Positions 29,420-42,803 are shown, counted from the stretch's first letter. The stretch is 64,000 nt of DNA from Lautropia sp. (GCA_050249335.1 JBFWQR010000007.1:20943-84942), one strand, 5' to 3'. Notes: generated by a model from the letters alone, not told the origin. A program made the numbers and translations.

Positions 29420-30169
29420 TCAGCGCAGCCCGGCGATGTAGTCCGAGACGGCCTTGATTTCGTGATCGGACAGCCGCGCGGCGATGGTTGCCATCGGCGC
29501 GTTGTTGCCGCGGGTGCCGGCGCGGAACGCGGTCAGCTGCGACTCGGTATAGTCGGAGTACTGGCCGCCGAGCCGCGGATACTGGATCGGCAGCCCGGAT
29601 CCGGTCGGCCCATGACAGGCGGCACAGGCCGGCACGCCTTTCTCCGCGATGCCGGCGCGATAGATCGTCCGGCCGAGGTCGACCAGATCCTTGTTGCGCG
29701 CGGCCGAAGGCTTGAGTTCCTTGGCGGCGTAGAACGCCGACAGGTTCAGCATGTCCTGGTCGGACAGCGGCGCGACGAACCCTGCCATCACTGCATTGAC
29801 CCGCGCCGCGGCCTTGGCGCCGGGCTGGGCCTTGAAGTCCTTCAGCTGCTTGTGCAGATAGCCGACGTGCTGCGCGGCCAGCTTCGGGTTCGCCGGCGCC
29901 GTGCTGTTGCCGTCGGCGCCATGACAGGCGGCACAGACCTCGGTCGCGATCTTTTCACCGGCAGCAGGATCGGGCTTGGCCGGCGCGGCTGGCGCCTGCG
30001 CCAACGCGAGCGACGACAGCAGCAGGGCCGGCACTCCGAACCACGCCCGGCACACACTGGCGCTCCCTGCGACGCCGACCCTTGCGATGCCCGCCTGCAT
30101 CCGCGCTTGGATGCCCGCCTGGATCCCCGCTCGGATCCCCGCTCGGATCTTCTTCGCGCCGTCGTTCAT
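29420..30169 (-). CDS. Di-heme cytochrome c4
   Basis: Two CAACH heme motifs, signal peptide; start uncertain because of N-terminal repeats (alternative ATG 30100). Confidence 0.88.
   Translation of the reverse strand: MNDGAKKIRAGIRAGIQAGIQARMQAGIARVGVAGSASVCRAWFGVPALLLSSLALAQAPAAPAKPDPAAGEKIATEVCAACHGADGNSTAPANPKLAAQHVGYLHKQLKDFKAQPGAKAAARVNAVMAGFVAPLSDQDMLNLSAFYAAKELKPSAARNKDLVDLGRTIYRAGIAEKGVPACAACHGPTGSGLPIQYPRLGGQYSDYTESQLTAFRAGTRGNNAPMATIAARLSDHEIKAVSDYIAGLR
30086..30145 (-). repeat. Five 12-bp tandem repeats at cytochrome c4 5' end (IRAG/IQAG)
   Basis: gatgcccgcctg, catccgcgcttg, gatgcccgcctg, gatccccgctcg, gatccccgctcg. Confidence 0.8.
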
Positions 30170-30268
30170 CGCGCCCCTGCCCCCGGAATTCCCTTGCACC
30201 TGATGCCCAGCCCCCGTCTCCCGGGGGCTTCCCCATCGACCCCGGAACGGGGCCTCAGCAAACCGATG

Positions 30269-32089
<1,821 letters not shown>

Positions 32090-32094
32090 CCGGC

Positions 32095-33330
32095 ATGGAC
32101 GGCGCGATCGACGCCGGCAGCATCGGCGAGGTCGCCGGTGTCGACGGCCTGTCGGGCATCGCCGATGCCGCGGCCGGCGGCACGCTCGGACCGCCGATCG
32201 AGTTCATCCGGGTCGAGCGCCAGGGCTGCGTCGCGGCGAGCGGTGAGCCCGACGCGCTGCCGGTCAACGGCTTCCTGTGGATCGATGTCCATGCCGGCAG
32301 CGGCCGCCAGTGGGCCGCGGTGGTCGCGCGGCTGACCGGCATCGAGATCTTCGAAGAGCACCTGCGCGACAGCGAGAACAGCACGCATCCGTCGTTCTAC
32401 GACTCGACCGCGCGCTACGAGATGATCGTGATGCGCGCGCTCGGCTCGAAGCCGCCGGCGCCGGCGGGACGGATCCGGATCGACACGCGCCCGGCCGTGT
32501 TCTTCGTGCTGCCGCGCTGCCTGGTGACGATCCGGCCTGCCGACAATCCGCTGGTGCCGGCCGTGCGCGAACGGCTGCTCGGCGCAGCGCGCTACAACCA
32601 GCGGATCCCGACGCAGCCAGAGGAGCTGCTGCTGCGGCTGCTGTCCGGCATGGTCGATCGCTATCTGGAGCTGCGGCAGCCATTGACCGCGCAGCTCGAG
32701 TCCTGGCAGCGCAATCTGCTGCATCCGCGGCGGCCGTTCAAGGACTGGTCGACGCTGCTCGAAGCCCGGATGCAGCTGCGCAAGCTGCAGCATCTGTGCG
32801 AAGAGCAGCTCGACGCGGTGCAGGAATGGCGCGACGAGCGCGTCGAGCATGACGAGCCCGGCGACACGCCGGCGCTGTCACCGATCAGCGACGCGCTTCA
32901 CGTCCGCGCCACCGACCTGGTCGAGCACATCCAGCGCGTGCTGAATCATGCCCGCAGCCTGGAATCGGGGGTGGAATCGGCCGTGCAGCTGCACTTCTCG
33001 GCGACCGCGTTCCGCACCGCCGAGATCATGCGGGTGCTGACGGTGCTGACGGCGATCTTCATGCCGCTGACCCTGATCACCGGCATCTTCGGCATGAACT
33101 TCGATGCGCTGCCGGGAATCCATTCGCCGCGCGGCTTCTGGATCACGATCGGCGCGATGGCGCTGCTGGCGCTGGTGATGCTGGGCTGGTTCCTGACCCA
33201 GAAGTACCTGGGCTCGCCCGAGCGGACGCTGCGCGGCCGCAGCCGCGCAGCCGACCCGGAGCCCGAAAGTCAGGAGGCGCTGCCCTCGGCGGCGGCCGGC
33301 TCGTCGGGCCGGTCCATCAGCTCGATGTAG
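32095..33330 (+). CDS. corA: CorA family Mg2+/Co2+ transporter
   Basis: [15 protein letters not shown] signature; 3' end overlaps rplQ by 61 bp. Confidence 0.88.
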   Translation: MDGAIDAGSIGEVAGVDGLSGIADAAAGGTLGPPIEFIRVERQGCVAASGEPDALPVNGFLWIDVHAGSGRQWAAVVARLTGIEIFEEHLRDSENSTHPSFYDSTARYEMIVMRALGSKPPAPAGRIRIDTRPAVFFVLPRCLVTIRPADNPLVPAVRERLLGAARYNQRIPTQPEELLLRLLSGMVDRYLELRQPLTAQLESWQRNLLHPRRPFKDWSTLLEARMQLRKLQHLCEEQLDAVQEWRDERVEHDEPGDTPALSPISDALHVRATDLVEHIQRVLNHARSLESGVESAVQLHFSATAFRTAEIMRVLTVLTAIFMPLTLITGIFGMNFDALPGIHSPRGFWITIGAMALLALVMLGWFLTQKYLGSPERTLRGRSRAADPEPESQEALPSAAAGSSGRSISSM

Positions 33331-33662
33331 GCCATCGGCGCATTGTCGCCCTGACGGAAGCCGAACTTCAGGATCCGCAGATAGCCGCCGTTGCGCTTGG
33401 CGTAGCGCGGGCCGAGCTCGTCGAACACCTTCACGACCATCTCGCGGTCGCGCAGCCGGTCGAACGCCAGCCGGCGATTGGCCAGCGACGGCTTCTTGCC
33501 GAGCGTGATGATCGGCTCGACCACCCGGCGCAGCTCCTTGGCTTTCGGCAGCGTCGTCTTGATCGCTTCGTGCCGCAGCAGCGCGTTGGTCATGTTGCGC
33601 AGCATCGCCAGGCGATGCGCGCTGGTGCGATTCAGTTTTCGGAGGCCGAGACGGTGACGCAT
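33270..33662 (-). CDS. rplQ: 50S ribosomal protein L17
   Basis: [17 protein letters not shown]. Confidence 0.97.
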   Translation of the reverse strand: MRHRLGLRKLNRTSAHRLAMLRNMTNALLRHEAIKTTLPKAKELRRVVEPIITLGKKPSLANRRLAFDRLRDREMVVKVFDELGPRYAKRNGGYLRILKFGFRQGDNAPMAYIELMDRPDEPAAAEGSAS

Positions 33663-33705
33663 GATTCGATCCTGATGTCGTGGTCGGGGCCAGGCCCCTC
33701 GCGGG

Positions 33706-34710
33706 CTAGTTGCGTTCCAGGCCGGCCGGCGGCCAGTTCTCCAGACGCATGCCGAGCGTGAGCCCGCGCGAGGCCAGCACTTCCTTGATTTCGTTCAGCG
33801 ACTTGCGGCCGAGGTTCGGCGTCTTCAGCAGCTCGTTCTCGGTCCGCTGGATCAGGTCGCCGATATAGTAGATGTTCTCGGCCTTCAGGCAGTTGGCCGA
33901 GCGCACCGTCAGCTCGAGGTCGTCGACCGGCCTCAGCAGGATCGGGTCGACCTGCGGGCTGCGCCCCATCGAGCCGAGCGTCACACCGCCGTGGCCGGCG
34001 ATCTCGAGCACCGGCTCGGCCCCTTCGAGCGCGGCGAACACCGACAGCTGCTCGACCAGGATCCGGGCTGATTGCCGCACCGCTTCCTCCGGCGCGATCA
34101 CGCCGTTGGTCTCGATGTCGATCAGCAGCTTGTCGAGGTCGGTCCGCTGCTCGACGCGGGCGCTCTCGACCGCATAGCTGACGCGCCGGACCGGCGAGAA
34201 CGACGCGTCGAGCACGACCCGGCCGATGGTCTTGGCGTCCGACATCGAGCGCAGCGTGCCCGGCACGTAGCCGCGGCCCTTCTCGACCTTGATCTGCATG
34301 TCGATCTTGCCGCCTTCGGTCAGCGACGCGATGACATGATCGCCGTTGATCACCTCGACGTCGTGCGGCACGTCGATGTCGGCCGCCGTGACCGGGCCGG
34401 CGGTGTCCTTGCGCAGCGTCAGGAACACTTCGTCGCGGTTGTGCAGCTTGAAGACGACGCCCTTCAGATTCAGCAGCAGATCGACGACGTCCTCGCGGAC
34501 GCCGTCCATCGTCGAATATTCATGGACGACGCCGGCGATCTGGACCTCGGTCGGCGCATAACCGACCATCGACGAGAGCAGTACGCGGCGCAGTGCGTTG
34601 CCGAGGGTATGGCCATAGCCCCGCTCGAACGGCTCCATCACCACGCGTGCATGCGACGGGCCCAGTTGTTCGACCTCGACGATGCGCGGTTTGAGCATAG
34701 CAGTCTGCAT
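33706..34710 (-). CDS. rpoA: RNA polymerase alpha subunit
   Basis: [32 protein letters not shown]. Confidence 0.98.
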   Translation of the reverse strand: MQTAMLKPRIVEVEQLGPSHARVVMEPFERGYGHTLGNALRRVLLSSMVGYAPTEVQIAGVVHEYSTMDGVREDVVDLLLNLKGVVFKLHNRDEVFLTLRKDTAGPVTAADIDVPHDVEVINGDHVIASLTEGGKIDMQIKVEKGRGYVPGTLRSMSDAKTIGRVVLDASFSPVRRVSYAVESARVEQRTDLDKLLIDIETNGVIAPEEAVRQSARILVEQLSVFAALEGAEPVLEIAGHGGVTLGSMGRSPQVDPILLRPVDDLELTVRSANCLKAENIYYIGDLIQRTENELLKTPNLGRKSLNEIKEVLASRGLTLGMRLENWPPAGLERN

Positions 34711-34727
34711 ATTGGACTATCCCCTGA

Positions 34728-35351
34728 TTAACGCGAGTACAACTCGACGATGAGGCTTTCGTTGATGTCGGCCGCGATGTCGGAACGTTCCGGCAGCGCC
34801 TTCAGCACGCCCTCCATCTTGTTCTTGTCGACCGAAACCCACGAGGGGAACCCGTTCTGCTCGGCGAGGTTCAGCGCGTCCTGGATCCGCGCCTGCTTCC
34901 TGGCGGCTTCCTTGACCGCGACCACGTCGTTCGGCTTGACCGTCGCCGACGGCACGTTCAGCGTCGCGCCGTTGACCAGGATCGCCCGGTGCGACACCAG
35001 CTGGCGCGCCTCCGAGCGGGTCGACGCGATGCCCATCCGATAGACGATATTGTCGAGCCGCGATTCCAGCAGCTGCAGCAGGTGTTCTCCGGTATTGCCG
35101 CGCAGCCGCGACGCCTCGGCGAAATAGCGGCGGAACTGGCGCTCGAGGACGCCGTACATCCGCTTGACCTTCTGCTTCTCGCGCAGCTGCAGGCCGTAGT
35201 CGCTGGTGCGCTGGCCGCTGATCCGGCCGTGCTGGCCCGGCTTGGTGTCGGCCTTGCATTTCGAGTCGAGCGAACGCCGCGCGCTCTTCAGGAACAGGTC
35301 CGTTCCTTCGCGGCGGGACAGTTTCGCCTTGGGTCCGATATAACGTGCCAC
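34728..35351 (-). CDS. rpsD: 30S ribosomal protein S4
   Basis: [27 protein letters not shown]; GTG start. Confidence 0.98.
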   Translation of the reverse strand: MARYIGPKAKLSRREGTDLFLKSARRSLDSKCKADTKPGQHGRISGQRTSDYGLQLREKQKVKRMYGVLERQFRRYFAEASRLRGNTGEHLLQLLESRLDNIVYRMGIASTRSEARQLVSHRAILVNGATLNVPSATVKPNDVVAVKEAARKQARIQDALNLAEQNGFPSWVSVDKNKMEGVLKALPERSDIAADINESLIVELYSR

Positions 35352-35629
35352 TTGACGTTCCTTGGTTGCTACGCAGCTCCCGCTGCGGTTAGTCCGGGCT
35401 GCAGGGGCGGTGTCGGCTTCCGCATGCGCTCGAACAAGGTGGACTGGATTACGCCCCCGTTGGTGCCTTCGGCGGGAGCCCTCGGCCGGAGTCCGAGGGC
35501 CCTTCGCCGGCGAGAACGGCCCGCAGGGACTGTGCTCGTCCGGCTCCGCCCCCCGCTGGGGGCGTCACCAGCGGGCCGGCAAAGCCGGATCCGCGATGAC
35601 TGCTGGCTCGGGGTTCCGACAGGCTGACC
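35352..35629 (-). other. 278-nt rpsK-rpsD spacer with several GC-rich hairpins (candidate cis-regulatory RNA)
   Basis: Stems GCCCTCGG/CCGAGGGC (35478-35500), CCCGCTGG/CCAGCGGG (35552-35575), CCGGC/GCCGG (35576-35588), CGCAGC/GCTGCG (35372-35387). Confidence 0.45.
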
Positions 35630-36043
35630 TCAAATTCTCCGTTTCTTGGGCGGGCGGCAGCCGTTGTGCGGCAGCGGCGTGACGTCCGAGATCGACAGGA
35701 TCTTGATGCCGAGCGCGTTCAGCGCGCGGACCGACGAATCGCGGCCCGGTCCGGGCCCCTTGATCCGCACGTCCAGATTCTTGATGCCGCACTCGACCGC
35801 GACCCGGCCGGCCGCTTCGGCAGCGACCTGCGCCGCGAACGGCGTCGACTTGCGCGAGCCCTTGAAGCCGGCACCGCCGGAGGTCGCCCACGACAACGCG
35901 TTGCCCTGGCGATCGGTGATCGTGATGATCGTGTTGTTGAACGACGCGTGCACATGCGCGATGCCGTCCGACACGTTCTTCTTGATCTTCTTGCGGGTCC
36001 GCTGCGCGGCGGCGACCTGCTGGGCATTCGGATTCTTGGCCAT
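35630..36043 (-). CDS. rpsK: 30S ribosomal protein S11
   Basis: [30 protein letters not shown]. Confidence 0.98.
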   Translation of the reverse strand: MAKNPNAQQVAAAQRTRKKIKKNVSDGIAHVHASFNNTIITITDRQGNALSWATSGGAGFKGSRKSTPFAAQVAAEAAGRVAVECGIKNLDVRIKGPGPGRDSSVRALNALGIKILSISDVTPLPHNGCRPPKKRRI

Positions 36044-36089
36044 TCTCTAGCGCTCCTGGTTCACTCGCGCGATCACTTCTTCAACGCAA

Positions 36090-36455
36090 TCATTTCTTCA
36101 ACGCGACGCCGGCCTTGCTCGGGCCCTTGCGGGTGCGCGCATTGGTGCGGGTCCGCTGGCCGCGGACCGGCAGGCCGCGGCGATGCCGCAGACCGCGGTA
36201 GCAGCCGAGGTCCATCAGCCGCTTGATCGACATCGAGATCTCGCGGCGCAGGTCGCCCTCGGTCACGAATCGGCCGATCTGGTCGCGGATCCGCTCGAGC
36301 TCGGCGTCGTTGAGGTCCTTGACCTTCTTCGAGTACGCCACGCCGACCGCGTCGCAGATCGCGCGCGCCCGGGCGCGGCCGATTCCGTAGATCGCCGTCA
36401 GGCCGATCTCGGTGTGCTGCCGATCGGGGACGTTGACCCCTGCAATACGTGCCAT
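36090..36455 (-). CDS. rpsM: 30S ribosomal protein S13
   Basis: [24 protein letters not shown]. Confidence 0.98.
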   Translation of the reverse strand: MARIAGVNVPDRQHTEIGLTAIYGIGRARARAICDAVGVAYSKKVKDLNDAELERIRDQIGRFVTEGDLRREISMSIKRLMDLGCYRGLRHRRGLPVRGQRTRTNARTRKGPSKAGVALKK

Positions 36456-36494
36456 TTGCTTGTCCTGTCGCTATCTGTATTGGCAGCCGGCGGA

Positions 36495-36608
36495 TCAACC
36501 CTGCCGCTGCTTGTGCCGCGGATCCACGCAGATGACCCGCACCACACCGTTGCGCTTGATGACCTTGCAGTACCGGCACATCTTCTTGACACTGGCCATG
36601 ACTTTCAT
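36495..36608 (-). CDS. rpmJ: 50S ribosomal protein L36 (Zn-ribbon form); missed by ORF track
   Basis: Translated by hand: [37 protein letters not shown]. Confidence 0.96.
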   Translation of the reverse strand: MKVMASVKKMCRYCKVIKRNGVVRVICVDPRHKQRQG

Positions 36609-36639
36609 GATTCGTCCTCGCTCGCGACTGCTCTATTCG

Positions 36640-36858
36640 TTACTTCGCCCGGAACACGATACGCGCCCGTGACAGGTCGTACGGCGTCAGCTCGACCGTG
36701 ACCTTGTCGCCCGGCAGGATCCGGATGTAGTGCATCCGCATCTTTCCGGAAATGTGGCCGAGCACCACGTGACCGTTCTCCAGCTTGACCCGGAACGTGG
36801 CGTTGGGAAGGTTCTCCAACACCTCGCCCTGCATCTGGATGACATCTTCCTTGGACAT
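36640..36858 (-). CDS. infA: Translation initiation factor IF-1
   Basis: [29 protein letters not shown]. Confidence 0.98.
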   Translation of the reverse strand: MSKEDVIQMQGEVLENLPNATFRVKLENGHVVLGHISGKMRMHYIRILPGDKVTVELTPYDLSRARIVFRAK

Positions 36859-36898
36859 TGCGCTCCTGACGCGTTGCCTGGTGGCTATCCGGTCCGCC

Positions 36899-38233
36899 TC
36901 AGCGGCCCGGCGAGCCCAGCCCCTTGAAGTTCGTCTTCTTCAGCAGGCTCTCGTACTGGTTCGACATCATGTAGGCCTGCACCTGGGTCATGAAGTCCAT
37001 CGTGACGACGACGATGATCAACAGCGAGGTGCCGCCGAAGTAGAACGGCACGTTCCATTCGAGCACCAGGAACTCCGGCAGCAGGCACACCGCGGTAATG
37101 TAGATGGCGCCGGCCAGCGTCAGCCGCATCAGGATCTTGTCGATGTACTTCGCCGTCTGATCGCCCGGCCGGATCCCCGGCAGCATCGCCCCGCTCTTCT
37201 TCAGGTTCTCGGCGGTCTCGCGGCTGTTGAACACCAGCGCCGTGTAGAAGAAGCAGAAGAACACGATCGCCAGCGCGTACAGCAGGATATAGACCGGCTG
37301 GCCCGGCGACAGCGTCGCCGCCAGGTCGCGCATCCAGCGCACCGCCGTGTTCGCGGCCTCGCCCGACGTGAACCACTGCGTCAGCGTGGCCGGGAACAGG
37401 ATGATCGACGACGCGAAGATCGGCGGGATCACGCCCGACATGTTCAGCTTCAGCGGCAGATGCGAGCTCTGACCCTGGTAGATCCGGTTGCCGACCTGGC
37501 GTTTGGCATAGTTGACCGTGATCTTGCGCTGGCCGCGCTCGACGAACACGACGAACGCGGTCACCAGGATCACCAGCGCGATGATGATCAGCGCGACGAT
37601 CGGGTTGATCGAGCCGTTGCTGACCAGCTCGCTCATCCCGGCGATCGCCCCCGGCAAGCCGGCGGTGATACCGGCGAAGATGATGATCGAAATGCCATTT
37701 CCCAAGCCCCGCTCGGTGATCTGCTCGCCGAGCCACATCAGGAACATCGTGCCGGTCACCAGCGACACGACCGTGACGAAGCGGAACATCATGCCCGGAT
37801 CGACCACCAGGTTCGCCTGCGATTCCAGCGCGATCGAGATCGACAGCGCCTGGAACGTGGCGAGCGCCAGCGTGAACCAGCGGGTGTACTTGGTGATGAT
37901 CCGCCGGCCCGACTCGCCTTCCTTCTTGATCGCCTCGAGCTGCGGCACCACGACGGTCAGCAGCTGCATGATGATCGACGCCGAGATGTACGGCATGATC
38001 CCGAGCGCGAACACGGAGAAGCGCGACAGCGCGCCGCCGGAGAACAGGTTGAACAGGCCGAGCACCCCCCCCTGCTGGCTGCGGAACAGATCCGCCAGCG
38101 CGTCCGGATCGATGCCCGGCACCGGGATGTGGGCACCGATCCGGTAGACGACGAGCGCGAGCAGCAGGAAGACCAGCCGGCGCTTCAGATCGCCGTACTT
38201 GCCCCCGCCTGCCACTGCCGAATTGGTCGCCAT
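36899..38233 (-). CDS. secY: Preprotein translocase SecY
   Basis: [36 protein letters not shown]. Confidence 0.98.
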   Translation of the reverse strand: MATNSAVAGGGKYGDLKRRLVFLLLALVVYRIGAHIPVPGIDPDALADLFRSQQGGVLGLFNLFSGGALSRFSVFALGIMPYISASIIMQLLTVVVPQLEAIKKEGESGRRIITKYTRWFTLALATFQALSISIALESQANLVVDPGMMFRFVTVVSLVTGTMFLMWLGEQITERGLGNGISIIIFAGITAGLPGAIAGMSELVSNGSINPIVALIIIALVILVTAFVVFVERGQRKITVNYAKRQVGNRIYQGQSSHLPLKLNMSGVIPPIFASSIILFPATLTQWFTSGEAANTAVRWMRDLAATLSPGQPVYILLYALAIVFFCFFYTALVFNSRETAENLKKSGAMLPGIRPGDQTAKYIDKILMRLTLAGAIYITAVCLLPEFLVLEWNVPFYFGGTSLLIIVVVTMDFMTQVQAYMMSNQYESLLKKTNFKGLGSPGR

Positions 38234-38277
38234 CGCTTGCGTCAATCCTTGTCGGTCCGTTCGTCGGTCACCGCCAC

Positions 38278-38739
38278 TCAGGCAGCCGGAGCCGCTTCGG
38301 CCGGCTCGACCGCGACGCTGCCACCGGCGGCTTCGATCGCGGCCCGCGCGCCCTTGGTGGCACCGATGCCCTTCAGGTCGACCTTGCGCGACAGGCTGCC
38401 GGACAGGATCACCTTGGCCGACAGCGCGAGCTGCGGCACGACGCCGGCCCGCTTCAGCGACAGCAGATCGACGTCGCCGCCCTCGAGACGCTCGAGATCC
38501 GACAGCCGAACCTCGGCGACCCGGCCGGCTTGCAGCGACTTGAAGCCGCGCTTCGGCAGGCGGCGCTGCAGCGGCATCTGACCGCCTTCGAAGCCGACCT
38601 TGTGGAAGCCGCCCGAACGCGATTTCTGCCCTTTGTGGCCGCGGCCGCCGGTCTTGCCGAGGCCCGAGCCGATGCCGCGGCCAACCCGCTTCCTGGCGTG
38701 CCGGGCGCCATCGGCCGGCTTCAGTTCGTTCAGTTTCAT
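38278..38739 (-). CDS. rplO: 50S ribosomal protein L15
   Basis: [29 protein letters not shown]. Confidence 0.97.
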   Translation of the reverse strand: MKLNELKPADGARHARKRVGRGIGSGLGKTGGRGHKGQKSRSGGFHKVGFEGGQMPLQRRLPKRGFKSLQAGRVAEVRLSDLERLEGGDVDLLSLKRAGVVPQLALSAKVILSGSLSRKVDLKGIGATKGARAAIEAAGGSVAVEPAEAAPAA

Positions 38740-38924
38740 CACAGCACCTTCACCAGGTAGGCCACCTTCGTGATCATGCCGCGCACCGCCGGCGTATCCT
38801 CGAGCTCGCGGACCTGATTGATCCGCTTGAGCCCGAGGCCGAGCACGGTGTCGCGATGCCCGCCGGCCGTCCGGCTCGGGCTCTTGACCAGTTGTACCTT
38901 CAGCGTCTTCTTGGTTTCACTCAT
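38739..38924 (-). CDS. rpmD: 50S ribosomal protein L30
   Basis: [18 protein letters not shown]. Confidence 0.96.
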   Translation of the reverse strand: MSETKKTLKVQLVKSPSRTAGGHRDTVLGLGLKRINQVRELEDTPAVRGMITKVAYLVKVL

Positions 38925-38973
38925 CGCACTCTCCCGCCGCGGCGCCCGGCGTCACGCGGCGCCGTGGCAGCCA

Positions 38974-39501
38974 CTACCCGAGAATTTCCTCGACGGTCTT
39001 GCCGCGCTTGGCCGCGATCTCGGCCGGCGTCGACAGGTTGCGGAACGCATCGAGCGTCGCGCGGACCATGTTGTACGGATTGCTCGAGCCGTGGCTCTTG
39101 GCGACGACGTTGGTGACGCCCATCACCTCGAACACCGCGCGCATCGGACCGCCGGCGATCACACCGGTACCGTCCTGGGCCGGCGAGATGAACACACGCG
39201 ACGCGCCGTGCTGGCCGTGAACGACGTGCGGCAGCGTGCCGTTGCGCAGCGGCACCTTGAACAGCTTGCGGCGCGCTTCGTCCATCGCCTTCTGCACCGA
39301 CACCGGCACCTCGCGGGCCTTGCCCTTGCCCATGCCGATCCGGCCGTCGCCGTCGCCGACCACCGCGAGCGCCGCGAAACCGAGGATCCGGCCGCCCTTG
39401 ACGACCTTGGTCACCCGGTTGATGCCGATCATCTTTTCCTTCAGACCGTCATCGCGCTCTTCGGTCGCGCGCTGCGGACCGCGTGCCTGAACCTTTGCCA
39501 T
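38974..39501 (-). CDS. rpsE: 30S ribosomal protein S5
   Basis: [19 protein letters not shown]. Confidence 0.98.
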   Translation of the reverse strand: MAKVQARGPQRATEERDDGLKEKMIGINRVTKVVKGGRILGFAALAVVGDGDGRIGMGKGKAREVPVSVQKAMDEARRKLFKVPLRNGTLPHVVHGQHGASRVFISPAQDGTGVIAGGPMRAVFEVMGVTNVVAKSHGSSNPYNMVRATLDAFRNLSTPAEIAAKRGKTVEEILG

Positions 39502-39514
39502 CTTCTTTCCGTCC

Positions 39515-39886
39515 TCAGAACTTCAGACCGGCTTCGCGCGCGGCCTCGGCCAGCGCGCGGACCCGCCCGTGATAACGATAGCCGGAGCGATCGAACGCGA
39601 CCGACTCGATCCCGGCCGCCAGCGCCTTCTGCGCGACCCGCTGGCCGACCAGCGTCGCTGCCGCGACGTTGCCGCCGACGCCGGTCTTGCCGGCAAGCGC
39701 GGTCTTGACCTCGGCTTCCACTGTCGACGCCGACGCCACCACCTTCTGGCCGTCGGCCGAGAAGACGCTCGCGTAGATGTGCGAATTGCTGCGGAACACC
39801 GACAGCCGGCCGACGCGCATTTCGTCGATCTTGCGCCGGGTCTGGCGCGAACGCCGCAGCCGCGAAACTTTCTTGTCCGTTGACAT
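39515..39886 (-). CDS. rplR: 50S ribosomal protein L18
   Basis: [24 protein letters not shown]. Confidence 0.97.
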   Translation of the reverse strand: MSTDKKVSRLRRSRQTRRKIDEMRVGRLSVFRSNSHIYASVFSADGQKVVASASTVEAEVKTALAGKTGVGGNVAAATLVGQRVAQKALAAGIESVAFDRSGYRYHGRVRALAEAAREAGLKF

Positions 39887-39906
39887 GATGATCAGACCTC
39901 GGCGGC

Positions 39907-40440
39907 TTATTTCTTCTTGGTCTCTTTGAGCGTCACTTTCTCGTCCGCATACCGGACGCCCTTGCCCTTGTACGGCTCGGGCGGACGATAGGCGCGGATC
40001 TCGGCGGCGACCTGCCCGACCTTCTGCTTGTCGGCGCCCTTGATCACGATCTCGGTCTGGGTCGGCGTTTCCGCCTTGACGCCGTCCGGCAGCTTGTGGA
40101 CGACCGGATGCGAGAACCCGAGCGACAGGTTCAGCGAGGTGCCCTGCGCCTGGGCGCGGAAACCGACGCCGACCAGCGTCAGCTTGCGCTCGAAGCCCTT
40201 GGTGACGCCGGTGACCATGTTGGCGACCAGCGCGCGCAGCGTGCCGGACATCGCATTGGCCGCGGCCGACTCGTCCGCCGGCTTGACCATCAGCTGGTCG
40301 CCTTCGACCGCGATCCCGGCCCCCGGCGTCAGCGCCTGCGTCAGCGTGCCGAGCGGCCCCTTGACGGTGATCGTGTCGGCGGCGATCCTGACCTCCGCGC
40401 CCTTCGGCACGGCGATCGGCATTTTTCCGATGCGGGACAT
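39907..40440 (-). CDS. rplF: 50S ribosomal protein L6
   Basis: [18 protein letters not shown]. Confidence 0.98.
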   Translation of the reverse strand: MSRIGKMPIAVPKGAEVRIAADTITVKGPLGTLTQALTPGAGIAVEGDQLMVKPADESAAANAMSGTLRALVANMVTGVTKGFERKLTLVGVGFRAQAQGTSLNLSLGFSHPVVHKLPDGVKAETPTQTEIVIKGADKQKVGQVAAEIRAYRPPEPYKGKGVRYADEKVTLKETKKK

Positions 40441-40453
40441 CGTTTCCTCCCGG

Positions 40454-40849
40454 TCAGGCGACGTAGCCGAGCACTTCGCCGCCGACGCCGGCCTGGCGCG
40501 CCTTGCGGTCGGTCATCACGCCCTTCGACGTGGTGACGATCGCGACGCCGAGACCGTTCATCACCTGCGGCAGATGCGCCTTCGGCTTGTAGATCCGCAG
40601 ACCCGGACGCGAGACGCGCTCGAGCCGCTCGATGACCGGCCGGCCGGCGTAGTACTTCAGCGACAGGTGCAGCTGCGACTTGCCGTCGGCCTCGCGGACA
40701 TCGAAGCCGTCGATGTAGCCTTCGTCCTTCAGCACGCCGGCGATCGCCACCTTGAGCTTCGACGACGGCATCACCACGGATTCCTTCTCGACGCGCTGGG
40801 CGTTGCGGATCCGCGTGAACATGTCGGCGATCGGATCGCTCATGCTCAT
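40454..40849 (-). CDS. rpsH: 30S ribosomal protein S8
   Basis: [28 protein letters not shown]. Confidence 0.98.
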   Translation of the reverse strand: MSMSDPIADMFTRIRNAQRVEKESVVMPSSKLKVAIAGVLKDEGYIDGFDVREADGKSQLHLSLKYYAGRPVIERLERVSRPGLRIYKPKAHLPQVMNGLGVAIVTTSKGVMTDRKARQAGVGGEVLGYVA

Positions 40850-40914
40850 GATTGCACGCTCCCGCGCAGAAGGATCTGATTCGATTCGAATGTCATCACT
40901 TCGCTCACTCCGCC

Positions 40915-41220
40915 TTACCAGCTCGCCTTGGTCAGGCCGGGGATCTCGCCGCGCATCGCGAACTCGCGCAGCTTGTTGCGCGCCAGCCCGAACTTGCTGA
41001 ACACGCCGCGCGGCCGACCGGTCAGCGCGCAGCGGTTGCGATGGCGCGTCGGGCTCGACGCGCGCGGCAGCTTCTGGATCGCCAGCCGCGCCTCGTAGCG
41101 CTCTTCGTCGGACTTCGACTGGTCGTCGATGACGGCCTGCAGCGCCGCGCGCTTGGCCGCGTATTTCTTGACCAGTCCGGCGCGCTTCTTCTCGCGCTCG
41201 ATCATCGATGCTTTCGCCAT
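40915..41220 (-). CDS. rpsN: 30S ribosomal protein S14 (long, Zn-independent type)
   Basis: 101 aa; [12 protein letters not shown] with a single Cys. Confidence 0.97.
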   Translation of the reverse strand: MAKASMIEREKKRAGLVKKYAAKRAALQAVIDDQSKSDEERYEARLAIQKLPRASSPTRHRNRCALTGRPRGVFSKFGLARNKLREFAMRGEIPGLTKASW

Positions 41221-41230
41221 GGCTTCTTCC

Positions 41231-41821
41231 TCAGTTCCGGAACGGAAACCGGAAGGCCGCCAGCAGCGCCTTGGCTTCCTCGTCGTTCTTCGCGGTCGTC
41301 GTGATGCTGATGTTCAGCCCGCGGATCGCGTCGATCTTGTCGTACTCGATCTCGGGGAACATGATCTGCTCCTTGACCCCGAGGTTGTAGTTGCCGCGAC
41401 CGTCGAAGGCGCGGCCCGAGACGCCGCGGAAGTCGCGCACGCGCGGCAGCGCGACCGTCACCAGCCGGTCGAGGAACTCATACATCCGGACGCCGCGCAG
41501 CGTGACCATCGCTCCGATCGGATAGCCTTCGCGGATCTTGAAGCCCGCGATCGCCTTGCGCGACTTGGTCACCACCGGCTTCTGCCCGGCGATCTTGGTC
41601 AGGTCGCCGACCGCGTTGTCCATGATCTTCTTGTCGGCCACCGCCTCGCCGACGCCCATGTTCAGCGTGATCTTGCTGATCCGCGGAACCTGCATCACCG
41701 ACTTGTAGCCGAACTTCTTCATCAGCTCGGGGACGAGCTTCTCGCGATAGATCTGCTGCAGCCGCACGGTCGACGGTTCCGCCGCCTGTTCCGCTGCCGC
41801 TGCCTTCTGGGATTTCGCCAT
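41231..41821 (-). CDS. rplE: 50S ribosomal protein L5, with Ala-rich N-terminal extension
   Basis: [23 protein letters not shown]. Confidence 0.97.
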   Translation of the reverse strand: MAKSQKAAAAEQAAEPSTVRLQQIYREKLVPELMKKFGYKSVMQVPRISKITLNMGVGEAVADKKIMDNAVGDLTKIAGQKPVVTKSRKAIAGFKIREGYPIGAMVTLRGVRMYEFLDRLVTVALPRVRDFRGVSGRAFDGRGNYNLGVKEQIMFPEIEYDKIDAIRGLNISITTTAKNDEEAKALLAAFRFPFRN

Positions 41822-41851
41822 TGCGGATTCGCCTTTCTACTCTCGCGCGGG

Positions 41852-42172
41852 TCAGGCCTTGACCTGTTCACCGTTCGACTTGAACACGCGGACCTTCTTG
41901 CCGTCGTCCTGCACCTTGAAACCGATCCGGTCACCCTTGCCGGTGGCGGGGTTGAACAGCATCAGGTTCGACTGGTCGATCGGCATCGTCTTCTCGACGA
42001 TGCCGCCGGTCACGCCCTTCATCGGGTTCGGCTTGGCATGCTTCTTCACGACATTGATGCCGTCGACCAGCAGATGGCGGTCGTCGACCCGCTTCGAAAC
42101 CGTGCCGCGCTTGCCCTTGTCCCGGCCGGCGATGACGATCACTTCGTCGCCCTTGACGATCTTCTGCGACAT
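41852..42172 (-). CDS. rplX: 50S ribosomal protein L24
   Basis: [16 protein letters not shown] (KOW). Confidence 0.97.
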   Translation of the reverse strand: MSQKIVKGDEVIVIAGRDKGKRGTVSKRVDDRHLLVDGINVVKKHAKPNPMKGVTGGIVEKTMPIDQSNLMLFNPATGKGDRIGFKVQDDGKKVRVFKSNGEQVKA

Positions 42173-42221
42173 TCCTGGCTCTCCCGCTGTCCTGCTGTTC
42201 CCTGACTGCTATCCGCCGGCC

Positions 42222-42590
42222 CTACAGCACTTCCGGCGCGAGCGACACGATCTTCATGAAGCGCTCGGTCCGCAGCTCGCGGGTGACCGGGCCGAAGATC
42301 CGGGTGCCGATCGGCTCGTACTTGGCGTTCAGCAGCACCGCCGCGTTGGCGTCGAAGCGGATCAGCGAACCGTCCGGCCGGCGCACGCCCTTGGCGGTGC
42401 GGACCACGACGGCGTTATAGATCTCGCCCTTCTTGACGCGGCCGCGCGGCTGCGCCTCCTTGACCGACACCTTGATGATGTCGCCGATGCCGGCGTAGCG
42501 GCGCTTGCTGCCGCCCAGCACCTTGATACACATGACCGCGCGCGCGCCGGTGTTGTCGGCGACGCCGAGCGTCGATTGCATCTGAATCAT
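42222..42590 (-). CDS. rplN: 50S ribosomal protein L14
   Basis: [24 protein letters not shown]. Confidence 0.98.
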   Translation of the reverse strand: MIQMQSTLGVADNTGARAVMCIKVLGGSKRRYAGIGDIIKVSVKEAQPRGRVKKGEIYNAVVVRTAKGVRRPDGSLIRFDANAAVLLNAKYEPIGTRIFGPVTRELRTERFMKIVSLAPEVL

Positions 42591-42803
42591 TGCCGTGCCT
42601 TGTGAACTGTTCCCAACTTCTCCCGCCGGGTGCCGCCTGCGCCGCCGGTCGGCTGGCTGACGCTGTAGCACCTGAAGCGGGTCAGTATTGGTCCCGTGGT
42701 GTCGGGTCTGACCCCGGCCGAGCCGGACTGCCCATTTGCCATTGCGCCATCCAGTGGCACCAGGCAAGCACTAGGCAACCGCGAAAAGGCCGAAGAACCG
42801 TAG

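Noticed and set aside
40915-41220. S14 lacking a Zn-finger
   Set aside because: The long Zn-independent form is the normal proteobacterial S14.
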